From the NCBI GenBank assembly GCA_019058365.1, contig JAHPZE010000003.1, forward strand, positions 64,001-128,000: a DNA stretch of 64,000 nt, read 5' to 3'. Numbering within the stretch: the stretch's first letter is position 1; every line of letters begins with the position of its first letter. Position numbers and translations under genes: made by a program. Origin of the DNA: Promethearchaeota archaeon (lineage in GTDB: Archaea > Asgardarchaeota > Lokiarchaeia > Sigyniarchaeales > SOKP01). Below are positions 20,710 to 30,146 of this stretch, in pieces. The notes below the pieces were generated by a model. It did no database searches. It was not told the origin of the DNA and saw only the letters and a list, made by a program, of their open reading frames with translations.

Positions 20710-21987
20710 TTGAAAAAAAAAACCTATATTCTATTAGGATTAGTAATTGGTTTGCTTTTTAGCTCTTTACCTCAATTTAAATTATCCAGGTTTGATCACC
20801 AGAATAATAAAAACAATAATTTAAAGATTAAAACTAATGAATTAGACGAATCATGGGAAAATGCTTTTGAATTTTTTGGATTAGATATGGTTATTGATTT
20901 AAATGATTGTATTTATGTTATGGCAGCTGAAAATTACTATTCAGGTTTGGGTTATTGGTATTATGGTGATCTAATATTATCAAAGTACAACAGCACTGGA
21001 GATCAATTATGGAGTTTTAATTTAGAGGGATTAAGATTAGATTATTCTGTGATTGCTATCGATTCAAAATCTAACCTATATTTAGCAAGCATGTTTGATA
21101 ATTATTCAATAACGCCCAACATGATATTGTTTAAATTCAATTCTTCTGGGGATTTAATATGGCAAAAAACATGGGATGGAGGAGGTAATGGAGATATTGT
21201 CGATATTGGTGTTGATTCAAAAGATGATATTTATATTTATGGGACTGCGGATTTAACTGAAGAATTCAAATCAAGTTTATTTATAGTAAAATATAATAGT
21301 TCTGGTGATCAACAATGGGTGTATCTTTATGGAGAATTAGAGGGATTTTATGAAGGAGAGGATATGGAAATTGATTCAAATGGTAATTTAATAGTATCAG
21401 GTTTTTACTATATCCAAGGGGATTCTTCTAATTGGATAAGATGCTATAATCAGTCTGGAATTTTGAAGTGGGAAATGATTAGTGAACAGGGGGGTTATTA
21501 TAATCTAGCAATAGATTCTTCGGATAATATAATTGTTGGAGGAAGATCATATATAGTGAAATATAATGATTTAGGTGATTTAATATGGGCATGGCAACAT
21601 CATTTTGAATTTTATTGGTCAATTGATATAACATTTGATTCTTTTGATAATATATATGCAGGTACGATTATAAGCATCCCAGAAGACCACCATAATTATG
21701 ATCTATATGTTGTTAAAATTAATAGTTCTGGAAATTTTGATTGGTATTTAACATGGGGTGGTGCAGGTGATGAAGATTTAATCGCAATTGATATTGACTC
21801 AAGTGACAATATCTATATATTATCTGATCATTTTCTACTAAAGAATCCAGAAAGTAATGGGAAATCACTCACTAATGAGAAATTATGGTCATTTTATCTG
21901 ATTATGTTTGGTATCTGCTTCTCTATTTCTGCGATCTCGTTGGTTCTTATTGTAAAGCGACGAGGTCGTAAAATGGAAATAAATTAA
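20710..21987 (+). CDS. Membrane-anchored beta-propeller (SBBP-like repeat) surface protein
   Basis: Repeated KYNSSGDxxW / IDSxDNIY units; N-terminal signal or TM and C-terminal TM. Confidence 0.8.
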   Translation: MKKKTYILLGLVIGLLFSSLPQFKLSRFDHQNNKNNNLKIKTNELDESWENAFEFFGLDMVIDLNDCIYVMAAENYYSGLGYWYYGDLILSKYNSTGDQLWSFNLEGLRLDYSVIAIDSKSNLYLASMFDNYSITPNMILFKFNSSGDLIWQKTWDGGGNGDIVDIGVDSKDDIYIYGTADLTEEFKSSLFIVKYNSSGDQQWVYLYGELEGFYEGEDMEIDSNGNLIVSGFYYIQGDSSNWIRCYNQSGILKWEMISEQGGYYNLAIDSSDNIIVGGRSYIVKYNDLGDLIWAWQHHFEFYWSIDITFDSFDNIYAGTIISIPEDHHNYDLYVVKINSSGNFDWYLTWGGAGDEDLIAIDIDSSDNIYILSDHFLLKNPESNGKSLTNEKLWSFYLIMFGICFSISAISLVLIVKRRGRKMEIN

Positions 21988-22091
21988 ATCTAAAAGCAAA
22001 AATCTTAAGATTTAATTTAGCTAAAAGATAATGCAGACTTCTAATTTAATACTGTTCATGAAAGAAATAAATGATATTAATAATGTAAGCA

Positions 22092-22634
22092 TTAAAAGTA
22101 TCTCGCACCAAAAAAGAAGTAAGCATTCATCAGATAAGCATCAATTATACCAATTACTAAAAATGATAAAGTATTGATGATTGCTGATATTGAAAATACT
22201 GTTTTAGATGATAAGATTATCCTTGATCGATCTTCTGTCAAAAGCTTTTGAAATTCTGATTGATATAAAATCCATTCAATAATGATTACAATAATTTCAA
22301 TCACAAGCCAAATATAGAGTATAAAAATTATATTAAACGCTAATGAAAAATAAAATGCTAAGTGGGTAGCTGGAAATGTGATAAGGTTGACTAGTATTAC
22401 AGATAGTAATAATTCTCGTTTACCCACTTCATGTGACCTCGAAATATCATAAAGAACACCATATTCAATAAATGTATTAAGAAAGAAAGTCCCAACCAAA
22501 GCTATTATTATGAAAACGGGATACTCCCAAAAAGCAATCGGTACGATACCTGCTGGGATATATAAAATTGTACTAGATATAAACGCGATGAATACCACAA
22601 ATCCAATAACTCCAATATAATTTCGAAGCCTCAT
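22092..22634 (-). CDS. Hypothetical membrane protein (about 5 TM)
   Basis: Hydrophobic segments; VNLITFP motif. Confidence 0.65.
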   Translation of the reverse strand: MRLRNYIGVIGFVVFIAFISSTILYIPAGIVPIAFWEYPVFIIIALVGTFFLNTFIEYGVLYDISRSHEVGKRELLLSVILVNLITFPATHLAFYFSLAFNIIFILYIWLVIEIIVIIIEWILYQSEFQKLLTEDRSRIILSSKTVFSISAIINTLSFLVIGIIDAYLMNAYFFFGARYF

Positions 22635-22713
22635 AATGAAATTGTAGATAATGTACTTTTTAAGCTTTTGTGCTCATAAATTTAGTTTTCTATAAATATG
22701 AAATTACCGAAAT

Positions 22714-22868
22714 TGCTCAAGAGCATACTCCTTCCCGTCTTATCTCAAAAAAGCATTTAACAAAACTTACCATCTCCATCCACACCACAATCCCCTACAC
22801 GTTAAGCTTGAACCTTGTGATTCCTCTTTCAACACTATACACCAGTGCTATTGAGAGCAGCGTGTTAA
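22714..22868 (-). repeat. 23S 3'-end/trailer relic, copy 5 (~155 bp; reaches into mature 23S sequence)
   Basis: Colinear with 29930-30080: TGCTCAAGAGCATACTCC...TCCCCTACACGTTAAGCTTGAACCTTGTG...GTGCTATTGAGAG. Confidence 0.93.
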
Positions 22869-22873
22869 GAATC

Positions 22874-23365
22874 TTAAGAATATAACTTCCTTAAATATGA
22901 TTTTAATGTGTCAATATTTTTAAAGTAAAATAAGCTTTCCTCTTCCTTAAAAAAAGGTTTTAATAAACCTCCTCTTTTAAGGACTTCTGTAATTTCCGCA
23001 TCTCTTAATACGAATACTTTTGTCTTTTTAGAAAGTTCTCTAAAGGAGAGGATGATTCCCATTTCGATCATATGACCTCCTTTATCGTGTTCTATAATCA
23101 TGATGATTTCATTCGAAAATTTAGCAATAAGATCAAATTTAAAAATTAAATTCTCAAGATGGGTACGTCTAAATTCTTTTTCAAAAAATCCTAGGTTATT
23201 CTTAACAGAATTTACAATCTTTTGTACTTCTTGAAGAGTAGTGAAAGCTTCTTCATTGTACGAACCACAAATAAAGATCTTGTTTTTCTTCAAATCGTAA
23301 ACTGAAAAAATATTAGTAAATTCATCTAAAAAATCATCCCATGCATTATCGTGTGAAAACTGCAT
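22874..23365 (-). CDS. Hypothetical protein, possibly nucleoside 2-deoxyribosyltransferase-like/TIR-like Rossmann fold
   Basis: KIFICGSY first strand and IIMIIEHDKGGHMIEMG (GxxxExG) pattern. Confidence 0.45.
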   Translation of the reverse strand: MQFSHDNAWDDFLDEFTNIFSVYDLKKNKIFICGSYNEEAFTTLQEVQKIVNSVKNNLGFFEKEFRRTHLENLIFKFDLIAKFSNEIIMIIEHDKGGHMIEMGIILSFRELSKKTKVFVLRDAEITEVLKRGGLLKPFFKEEESLFYFKNIDTLKSYLRKLYS

Positions 23366-23538
23366 TCTCTACTCCCAATAAATATAAAATAAATTAGAAA
23401 TTCATTTATGGTATAATTTATTATATACCAATAATAATTGACTCAATTAATTTTGAGTTAAATTTAAATAATTGATTATGCATATTTAATTTGAAATTAG
23501 ATGAAATATAGAATATAAATAATGAGAGTGAAAAAGTT

Positions 23539-23880
23539 TTGGATACTCCCAAAAACCTTGAAAATATAAGGAAAGAATTGGAAATCATATCAGAAAAGAC
23601 ACGATATAAGATACTGCTAACTTTATTAGCTAGTGAAAAATCTCTCTCATTCAGTCGATTTAGGGAACTTTTACCTTCTATTCCAGAGAATACTCTGAAT
23701 TATCATCTTAAAATCCTTAAAGAACAAAATTTTATTAAAAATGAAAAAAGAATGGGATACAAACGTTCTGAACCTCGCTCTTTTTATTCTCTTAGGAAAA
23801 AATCCATTGATCTGCTTGGAAATTTAGGTTTAAATGATGTGAAAGAAGAATTTCAAGCGTTATTTAAACAAATGACATAA
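23539..23880 (+). CDS. ArsR-like winged-helix transcriptional regulator
   Basis: TRYKILLTL...LSFS...TLNYHLKILKEQNFI. Confidence 0.85.
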   Translation: MDTPKNLENIRKELEIISEKTRYKILLTLLASEKSLSFSRFRELLPSIPENTLNYHLKILKEQNFIKNEKRMGYKRSEPRSFYSLRKKSIDLLGNLGLNDVKEEFQALFKQMT

Positions 23881-23890
23881 TTTATTTTTT

Positions 23891-23975
23891 AAAAAAAAAA
23901 ACGCTGCTCAAGAACATACTCCCCCTCGTCTTGTCCGTTCCATCTCGTTTTTATTCTTATCACCACCCCCAAACA
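23891..23975 (-). repeat. 23S-trailer relic, copy 6
   Basis: A11 tract + CGCTGCTCAAGAACATACTCC (core 23912-23922), followed by a C-rich diverged segment. Confidence 0.85.
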
Positions 23976-24173
23976 CAAACAAAAAAAAATAAAAAACCAT
24001 AGCTAATATAACAGAAATTTTATAATCTTAAAAAACTCCTTTATTTAATATAACTAGACAAATTTATCAAAATATTGGACTCATAATTGTTATGACCATA
24101 TATCCTGAAATTGTATAATCTTATAGTTGTATTATTCTTTATATTTAAATATAACATTAAGTTGAAATAAGTT

Positions 24174-24839
24174 ATGAAATATACTTCTATCTTTGATGTA
24201 ATTGGCCATATAATGGTTGGACCAAGTTCAAGCCATACTGCAGGAGCGTGTCAAATTGCGTATGTTGCACGGTTATTATTTGGAAAAAAGCCTAAAACTG
24301 TAAAAATAGGACTTCATGGTTCATTTGCAGAGACATATAAAGGTCATGGTACGGATATCGCAATTTTAGCTGGACTACTTGGATTTACACCTGAAGATGA
24401 TATGATCAAAAACGCATTTGAAATTGCTGAAAAAGAGGGGCTTGATTATTCATTTGAACTTGTGGATTTAGGGGTGGATTACCATCCAAATTCAGTTAGT
24501 ATAGAGATGTTTGATGGATCAGAAAAAATGAATGTAATAGGTTCTTCAATTGGAGGAGGTAACATAATAATCAAAGAAGTTAATAGCTTAGAAGCAGGAT
24601 TTGGGGGAGAACCAAATACGCTCGTAATATTAAATCATGACAAGATTGGGGCACTTGTAAATATAGCAAATACACTTCAAAAATTTAAATTAAATATAGG
24701 ATCGATGAAAATCTCCAGAAATTTGAAAAAAAAGATATCTTTAACATGGCTTGAAGCAGATACCGCGATACCAGAAGATCTAATTGATGCATTAAAAAAA
24801 TATCCAGAAATAATTTGGGTGAGGGTAATCAATGTTTGA
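24174..24839 (+). CDS. sdaAB: L-serine dehydratase, Fe-S dependent, beta subunit
   Basis: IMVGPSSSHTAGA, LHGSFAETYKGHGTD, HPNSV, SIGGGNI; C-terminal ACT domain. Confidence 0.95.
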   Translation: MKYTSIFDVIGHIMVGPSSSHTAGACQIAYVARLLFGKKPKTVKIGLHGSFAETYKGHGTDIAILAGLLGFTPEDDMIKNAFEIAEKEGLDYSFELVDLGVDYHPNSVSIEMFDGSEKMNVIGSSIGGGNIIIKEVNSLEAGFGGEPNTLVILNHDKIGALVNIANTLQKFKLNIGSMKISRNLKKKISLTWLEADTAIPEDLIDALKKYPEIIWVRVINV

Positions 24840-25698
24840 ATCTATTTCTAATCTGCTCAATGAATCTCAAACAAAAGGGATTCCATTACATGAATTAATA
24901 ATAAACGATGAAATGGAATTTCAAAATATTCCTAAGCGGATTATAATTGAAAAGCTTAATAAATCTTTAATTATAATGAAACAGTCTCTTGAAAAAGCAC
25001 TTGTAAGTGATATTGAATTGCCGATCAAAGAAGCAAGCCATCAGGCAAAAAGAATGCTTTCACCAGGAATTTTCTGTGGAACTAATTTAAAAGAAGCCGT
25101 GGGCTGGGCAATGGCTATCGGTGAATATAATAGTGGTATGGGATTAATTGTTGCTTGTCCTACAGCAGGTTCTTCTGGAACCCTACCTGCTGTTCTTTTT
25201 AAAGCTAAAGAAATTCTAAATAAATCGGATGATGATGTATTAAACGCTTTAATCGTTGCGGCAGCAATAGGGGCAATTATTGGTAATAACGCAATGCTTT
25301 CGGGAAGTGAAGGAGGTTGTCAAGCTGAAATTGGAGTTGCATCTGCAATGGCGTCGGCTGCTATAACTTATATGGCTGGAGGAACCCATCTTCAGATAGA
25401 CAATGCGATTGCATTAACATTAAAAAATCTATTAGGACTTGTTTGTGATCCTGTTGCCGGATTAGTAATTTCACCATGCATTAAAAGGAATGCTATAGGT
25501 GTGGTTAACGCATTTTTAGCTGCTGAAATGGCAATATCAGGAGTTGTATCTATTATCCCAGCAGATGAAGTTGTGGATGCTATGATGAAAGTTGGTCGTA
25601 AATTACCATATGAATTAAAAGAGACAGGAAAGGGTGGAATAGCAGCAACTAAAACGGGGAAAAGAATAAGAAAGAGCCTTTTTTCTGATATGTTATAA
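24832..25698 (+). CDS. sdaAA: L-serine dehydratase, Fe-S dependent, alpha subunit
   Basis: ACPTAGSSG, GGCQAEIG, LGLVCDPVAGLV.PCIKRN, KETGKGGIA. Confidence 0.95.
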   Translation: MFESISNLLNESQTKGIPLHELIINDEMEFQNIPKRIIIEKLNKSLIIMKQSLEKALVSDIELPIKEASHQAKRMLSPGIFCGTNLKEAVGWAMAIGEYNSGMGLIVACPTAGSSGTLPAVLFKAKEILNKSDDDVLNALIVAAAIGAIIGNNAMLSGSEGGCQAEIGVASAMASAAITYMAGGTHLQIDNAIALTLKNLLGLVCDPVAGLVISPCIKRNAIGVVNAFLAAEMAISGVVSIIPADEVVDAMMKVGRKLPYELKETGKGGIAATKTGKRIRKSLFSDML

Positions 25699-26012
25699 CA
25701 TTTATAAATCCAATAGAAAAAAAAGGATGAGTGAGAAATTAAAAATTGAATAATTAGGTCTTTATATTTTTTTTTATTCTCCCTATTTTTATGATTGGAA
25801 TTGTTCACTAAATTTTCATTGAAATCAGGCAGAAATAAATATATCCATTAATATATGTTCTTGAAAAATTAATCATCTCGAATTTTAATAATATACGTTC
25901 TAAAAATATAATTTCTTGCATTTGTTCATCTAATTGTTCAAGATTTAGTTCGAAATAAAAACAAAAATTATAAATATTATTGTTCTATTATATAATATAA
26001 TGGTGTTCAATT

Positions 26013-26687
26013 ATGAAAATGATGATTGAAAAAGATAGAAAAGAGATAATTTCAGAAGTGCAAAAATATGGTGGTATAGGTCTGCGACACCAATCTTTAA
26101 GAGTACACAAGAATGGGGCAAAATTTCCAATAAGTAAGAACTATATTGATGATGAACTTTTGGATCCCGAAATAGTATATACTCTTATTTTAATACCGGA
26201 AATTAAAATTGCTACTAAAACTAGTGTAGCATTAAGTTATTTTGCTCGAAAAAAAGGTCCTCTCGTATTTTATACATATCCCGAGAGCATTCTTGAAGAA
26301 GGTTTTTCCGTTCAAATTGCAAATATAATGGTTCAAGTATCTAAAGAGGGTTTCTTTGCCAACCAGTCAAGCACTGTACCATCAACCTTGAATTATTATT
26401 TTGAAATTCCTTCAGAATGGGCTCGTGGAAATAAAGAAATGCTCATGATCAGCGTGTTTTTAGATAAACCTATAAATAAGCTACTAGAAAAAAGGATTCA
26501 GGAAATATGTACTGATTTTGCTTTGCAATTAAAAAATGCAGAAGGACTTTTTAAAGCGCTATATATGGAAACAATTGATAAAATTCCGGAAAAGGATCGT
26601 TCAGACATTAAAAAATTTAATGAAAATTTAAAAACTAAAATAAAAACTTTATATGAGGAAATAGAAATATCGAGTAAGGAAAAATGA
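26013..26687 (+). CDS. Asgard longin/uDENN-like domain protein
   Basis: VALSYFARKKGPLVFYTYP resembles the uDENN/longin first hairpin (F...GP....YP); SEWARGNKEMLMIS motif. Confidence 0.5.
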   Translation: MKMMIEKDRKEIISEVQKYGGIGLRHQSLRVHKNGAKFPISKNYIDDELLDPEIVYTLILIPEIKIATKTSVALSYFARKKGPLVFYTYPESILEEGFSVQIANIMVQVSKEGFFANQSSTVPSTLNYYFEIPSEWARGNKEMLMISVFLDKPINKLLEKRIQEICTDFALQLKNAEGLFKALYMETIDKIPEKDRSDIKKFNENLKTKIKTLYEEIEISSKEK

Positions 26688-26691
26688 AGAT

Positions 26692-26804
26692 GGTCGCCCG
26701 AAAGCTCCCTACGTACACCCACACCTCACTAACCCCGTCTTTTACGGGTGTACTTGTCTCGCATACTCAGTTCGCACCACCGCGCTCTGATCTCGTTACT
26801 CAGC
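26692..26804 (-). repeat. Internal 23S rRNA domain VI fragment, copy 7 (113 bp)
   Basis: Ungapped match to 30083-30195 with 7 mismatches (counted by eye, ~94% identity). Confidence 0.97.
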
Positions 26805-28625
26805 TTAGGGAACAAAATAATGGGTATTTTGTTGGTGATCCTGTGAATGTATTTTCCCAGTCGATCTAAGTTTATTCAATGTTTCTTTTAGATTTTCTTT
26901 TCCGAATTCTAACATTTTAGGATCTTTAAGAAAATTTTCTAACCTTTTTTCTAAAGCTTCTAATGTAAAAGCAGAACCTTGATTATCTTTCAAATAATTG
27001 TAAATTTTTTCTTTAAAATCTTCTTCAATTGAATATTCCTTCTTAATTGTTGTTGTTTTTTTAAATGCCAGTTTCTCAATAATTTCCATATTCCTTTTTG
27101 TTAAAGCAAAGTCACTTTTAATTTCAAGTGCTTTTTGGTAGCATTTATATGCTACCTCGTATTGCATGAGCATTTGTTGGGCAACACCATTAGCTGTCCA
27201 TGATTTTTCATCAGGGAAGAATCCATGATGCTTAGCTTCTACAGATTTCAGATGTGTTTTTGAAAGATCAGGACGCTTGAATTTAGAAATGTTATTCTTA
27301 GCCATTAGACCATACATCATAATTTGTATTGGATTAAATCCTAATTGCTGACTTTTTGCAAAACACATAAGGGCATTTTTAAACTCTCCCAAGGCGCAGT
27401 GCGCTTTCCCACGATAAAACCATGCTGGTCCTGATGTGGGCTCACGTTCATTGATTCTAATTAATGTAGTAAGAGCACTTTCAAAATTACCAGTTGCTTC
27501 TTCTTCAACGACCATTTGCAATAATTCTTCTATATTCTCTTTATGCATGGGAGTCCTGCAATACGGGCATATACCACTGTTGGTATAATTTTTCTTTCCA
27601 CAGCGGGGACAATAATCACGTCCATCAACAACTGAATGAATTGTACCTTCTACTCCCATCGTACTGAAATGCTTCAATGCATCGATTTGTTCTTTAGCAT
27701 TTTCATGATTAGGTTTTAACTCCAATGTTTTTTTATAATCAGCCAAGGCTCTCTCAAATTGATTAGTTTTTTTGAAACTTGTTGCTCGGTTATAGTATGC
27801 CCCCTCAAAATCTGGATTAATTTCGATAGATTTAGAATAACTTAATATTGCTTCATCATATCTCTCCAGTGAATCTAATGCAAGCCCTTTATTATTATAT
27901 GAAGCAGAATAATTGGGATTTAACTCTATAGCTCTATCATAACATTCAATAGCTTTTTCAAATAAATTTTGGCTATCATAAACCCACCCTTTATGAACCC
28001 ACGCTAAAAATAATGTTGGTTCATATTTTAATGCTTTTTCGAAATAAACAAGTGCATTTTTTTGATTCTGAGACATTTGGTTAATGATACCTAAGTAAAG
28101 ATAAGCCTCAGCAAATTCTGGGAATATTTTAATCGCAGAATTAATCGCATTAAGAGCTTCAGACATTTTATTTCGATGGGTAAGTTTAATACCCTGTTTA
28201 AATAAGTCTAAAGCTTTTTTTGGAATGTTTTTGCCTTCAACTTTTAATGATCCAAAAAACTCCTTCTGTCGCTTTGCTTGCATTAGTAGAGGGAGAGCTT
28301 GTCGAAAATTAGGATTATGCTTCAAAATTTTCTCAATTGTCTCTATTGATTCATCATATTTTCCCTCCATTAAGAGCATTAATGCAAGATTGAGAAGTGT
28401 AAAGGGATTGTAAGGATCATAAGAAAGTGCACGATTAAGACATTCTTTTGCTTTCTCAAACTCCTCAAGGTGGAGATAAACACTTCCCATATTGCAAAAT
28501 AACTCTGGATCGTCATCTACTAGTTTATAAGCCTTTTTAAAAAAATTTAAAGCTTCTTGTGGTTTACGATTATTCAATGCTATTGTGCCTTGGTTGTATA
28601 AATCTTCGTATTCTTTACTATACAA
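26805..28625 (-). CDS. TPR-repeat protein with internal zinc ribbon
   Basis: Many TPR units (AIECYDRAIELNP etc.); CPRC...CPYC. Confidence 0.92.
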   Translation of the reverse strand: MYSKEYEDLYNQGTIALNNRKPQEALNFFKKAYKLVDDDPELFCNMGSVYLHLEEFEKAKECLNRALSYDPYNPFTLLNLALMLLMEGKYDESIETIEKILKHNPNFRQALPLLMQAKRQKEFFGSLKVEGKNIPKKALDLFKQGIKLTHRNKMSEALNAINSAIKIFPEFAEAYLYLGIINQMSQNQKNALVYFEKALKYEPTLFLAWVHKGWVYDSQNLFEKAIECYDRAIELNPNYSASYNNKGLALDSLERYDEAILSYSKSIEINPDFEGAYYNRATSFKKTNQFERALADYKKTLELKPNHENAKEQIDALKHFSTMGVEGTIHSVVDGRDYCPRCGKKNYTNSGICPYCRTPMHKENIEELLQMVVEEEATGNFESALTTLIRINEREPTSGPAWFYRGKAHCALGEFKNALMCFAKSQQLGFNPIQIMMYGLMAKNNISKFKRPDLSKTHLKSVEAKHHGFFPDEKSWTANGVAQQMLMQYEVAYKCYQKALEIKSDFALTKRNMEIIEKLAFKKTTTIKKEYSIEEDFKEKIYNYLKDNQGSAFTLEALEKRLENFLKDPKMLEFGKENLKETLNKLRSTGKIHSQDHQQNTHYFVP

Positions 28626-28744
28626 TAAAAATCACATTTTTGTCTTTGTAATAAAATATTTGTTTAATTAATTTATAAATATTTTTAAGATTGAGATATG
28701 AACATTGAATACCCAAATTTGGATACCTTCTTAATTAAAAATAA

Positions 28745-28873
28745 GAAAAAATAAAACCGTGCTCTAAAACATACTCCAGTCCTTCTCGTCTCAAACCATT
28801 CAATCCTTACCTTATTGCTCCGTCCACGCGACAATCCCCTACACGCTAAGCCTGAACCTTATGATTCCCCTTT
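28745..28873 (-). repeat. 23S-trailer relic, copy 8 (~125 bp)
   Basis: TGCTCTAAAACATACTCC...TCTCAAACCATTC...TCCCCTACACGCTAAGCCTGAACCTT; colinear with 29915-30040. Confidence 0.93.
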
Positions 28874-29040
28874 CTTTAATAACTCCATGCCTTCATTTCT
28901 AATTCTTTTATTTTTCTCTCTTAATTTCTGTATTTCATAGAGATTTTTCCTAACTAAATGTTCTATATATTCTCCTAGTTTTCTTTTTTCCATTAATAAT
29001 ATATTCTTATCTCTCAGATTGTCTATTTCAATTTGATTCC

Positions 29041-29253
29041 CTAAATATTCAATTGGCCTCTTAATATTCTTATCTCAACTCCAGTTCTTTTTTTTGCTTG
29101 AATTAAACTCTCTTTATATTTCCCTTCAGATGTAATCGGAAGCAATTGATTAATTGTAAACAATTTGTCTTCTAAGTCTACTAAATAATGATTAAAAAGC
29201 TCTTTTCTCTTTCCTAAATCCTTAATATCTATTGCTATTTTTTCGCAATCCAT
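29041..29253 (-). CDS. Small hypothetical protein
   Basis: 70-aa ORF lying between two trailer relics. Confidence 0.5.
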   Translation of the reverse strand: MDCEKIAIDIKDLGKRKELFNHYLVDLEDKLFTINQLLPITSEGKYKESLIQAKKRTGVEIRILRGQLNI

Positions 29254-29301
29254 TTTAAGAATTAAAGTTGAAAACGTTACTACTAAATAAGTAAAAGAAA
29301 T

Positions 29302-29356
29302 ATAAAAATAATGCTCATGAACATACTCCTTCTAAACCCTTCTCATCTCAAACCAT
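29302..29356 (-). repeat. 23S-trailer relic, copy 9 (overlaps the stop codon of the adjacent GTPase gene)
   Basis: TGCTCATGAACATACTCC (core 29319-29329)...CCCTTCTCATCTCAAACCAT. Confidence 0.88.
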
Positions 29357-29870
29357 GATAATTGTATAAGAAACTACCAATTCGCTCAAAAACCTCTTCA
29401 CATCCCAACCCAGTCCCCGCTGAAATCTCCATATATCCCATCAAATTATTATCACTTGCAAAATTCCTAATATCTTCTCCAGAAACCTTGCGAACCCCTA
29501 CTAAATCGAGTTTATTTCCAATTAAGTAAATTGGAATATCTCCTGCATATTCCTTAATCATTCTAGGAAATTCAGATAAATAGGTAAAGGAATTTAAATT
29601 TGTCAGATCATAAAAAAGAATGACAACATCTGACCCTGATATAAATATTCTTAAATCACGTCTAAAACTTTCTTTATTCGAAACATTCCAAATCATAAAA
29701 TTAATTACACACTCTCCAACAAACAATTCCTTTTTATAAGCCTCTACTCCTATGGTCTCTAAATGATCTTCAACGAAAAAATGATCATCGATAGACTTCC
29801 TAAGAAAAGTACGCCTTCCAACCTCTCTATCACCGATTATGACAAGTCTGAATATATAATTAGGCTTCAC
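29343..29870 (-). CDS. Rab-like small GTPase with degenerate G1/G3 motifs
   Basis: GDREVGRRT (P-loop Lys replaced), WNVSNKE in place of WDxxGQE, intact NKLD and SA motifs. Confidence 0.85.
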   Translation of the reverse strand: MKPNYIFRLVIIGDREVGRRTFLRKSIDDHFFVEDHLETIGVEAYKKELFVGECVINFMIWNVSNKESFRRDLRIFISGSDVVILFYDLTNLNSFTYLSEFPRMIKEYAGDIPIYLIGNKLDLVGVRKVSGEDIRNFASDNNLMGYMEISAGTGLGCEEVFERIGSFLYNYHGLR

Positions 29871-29909
29871 AATACTTCTATATCAATTTTTCCTAAATAA
29901 ATCATATGA

Positions 29910-29925
29910 TAAAAAAAAAATAAAA
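29910..29925 (-). terminator. Oligo-T terminator of the 23S transcript
   Basis: A-tract on + (T-tract on -) immediately after the 3' processing-stem arm. Confidence 0.6.
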
Positions 29926-30044
29926 TCGCTGCTCTAGAGCACACTCCATCCCTTCTCTTATCTCAAATCATTCATTCCTTACCATCCCCTCCACGCTACA
30001 TTCCCCTACACGCTAAGCCTGAACCTTGTGGTTCCTTTTTCAAC
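29926..30044 (-). other. Current 23S 3' trailer including the 3' arm of the processing stem
   Basis: GAGCACACTCC (29937-29947) and TCTCAAATC blocks are inverted relative to 34361-34380 and 34318-34327 upstream of the gene. Confidence 0.8.
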
Positions 30045-30146
30045 ACCACACACTCGTGCTATTGAGAGTGGCGGGCTGAACAGGTCGCCCGAAAGCTCCC
30101 TGCGTACACCCCCACCTCACTAACCCCGTCTTTTACGGGTGCACTC

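Noticed and set aside
22670-26869. ORFs 22670-22885 and 26684-26869
   Set aside because: They are translations of the antisense strand of the rRNA relics.
17295-29950. Repeats as a CRISPR array or classical integron attC array
   Set aside because: Spacing is 0.2-5 kb and irregular, the copies are variable-length rRNA-trailer homologues rather than palindromic units, and no cas or intI gene is present in the window.
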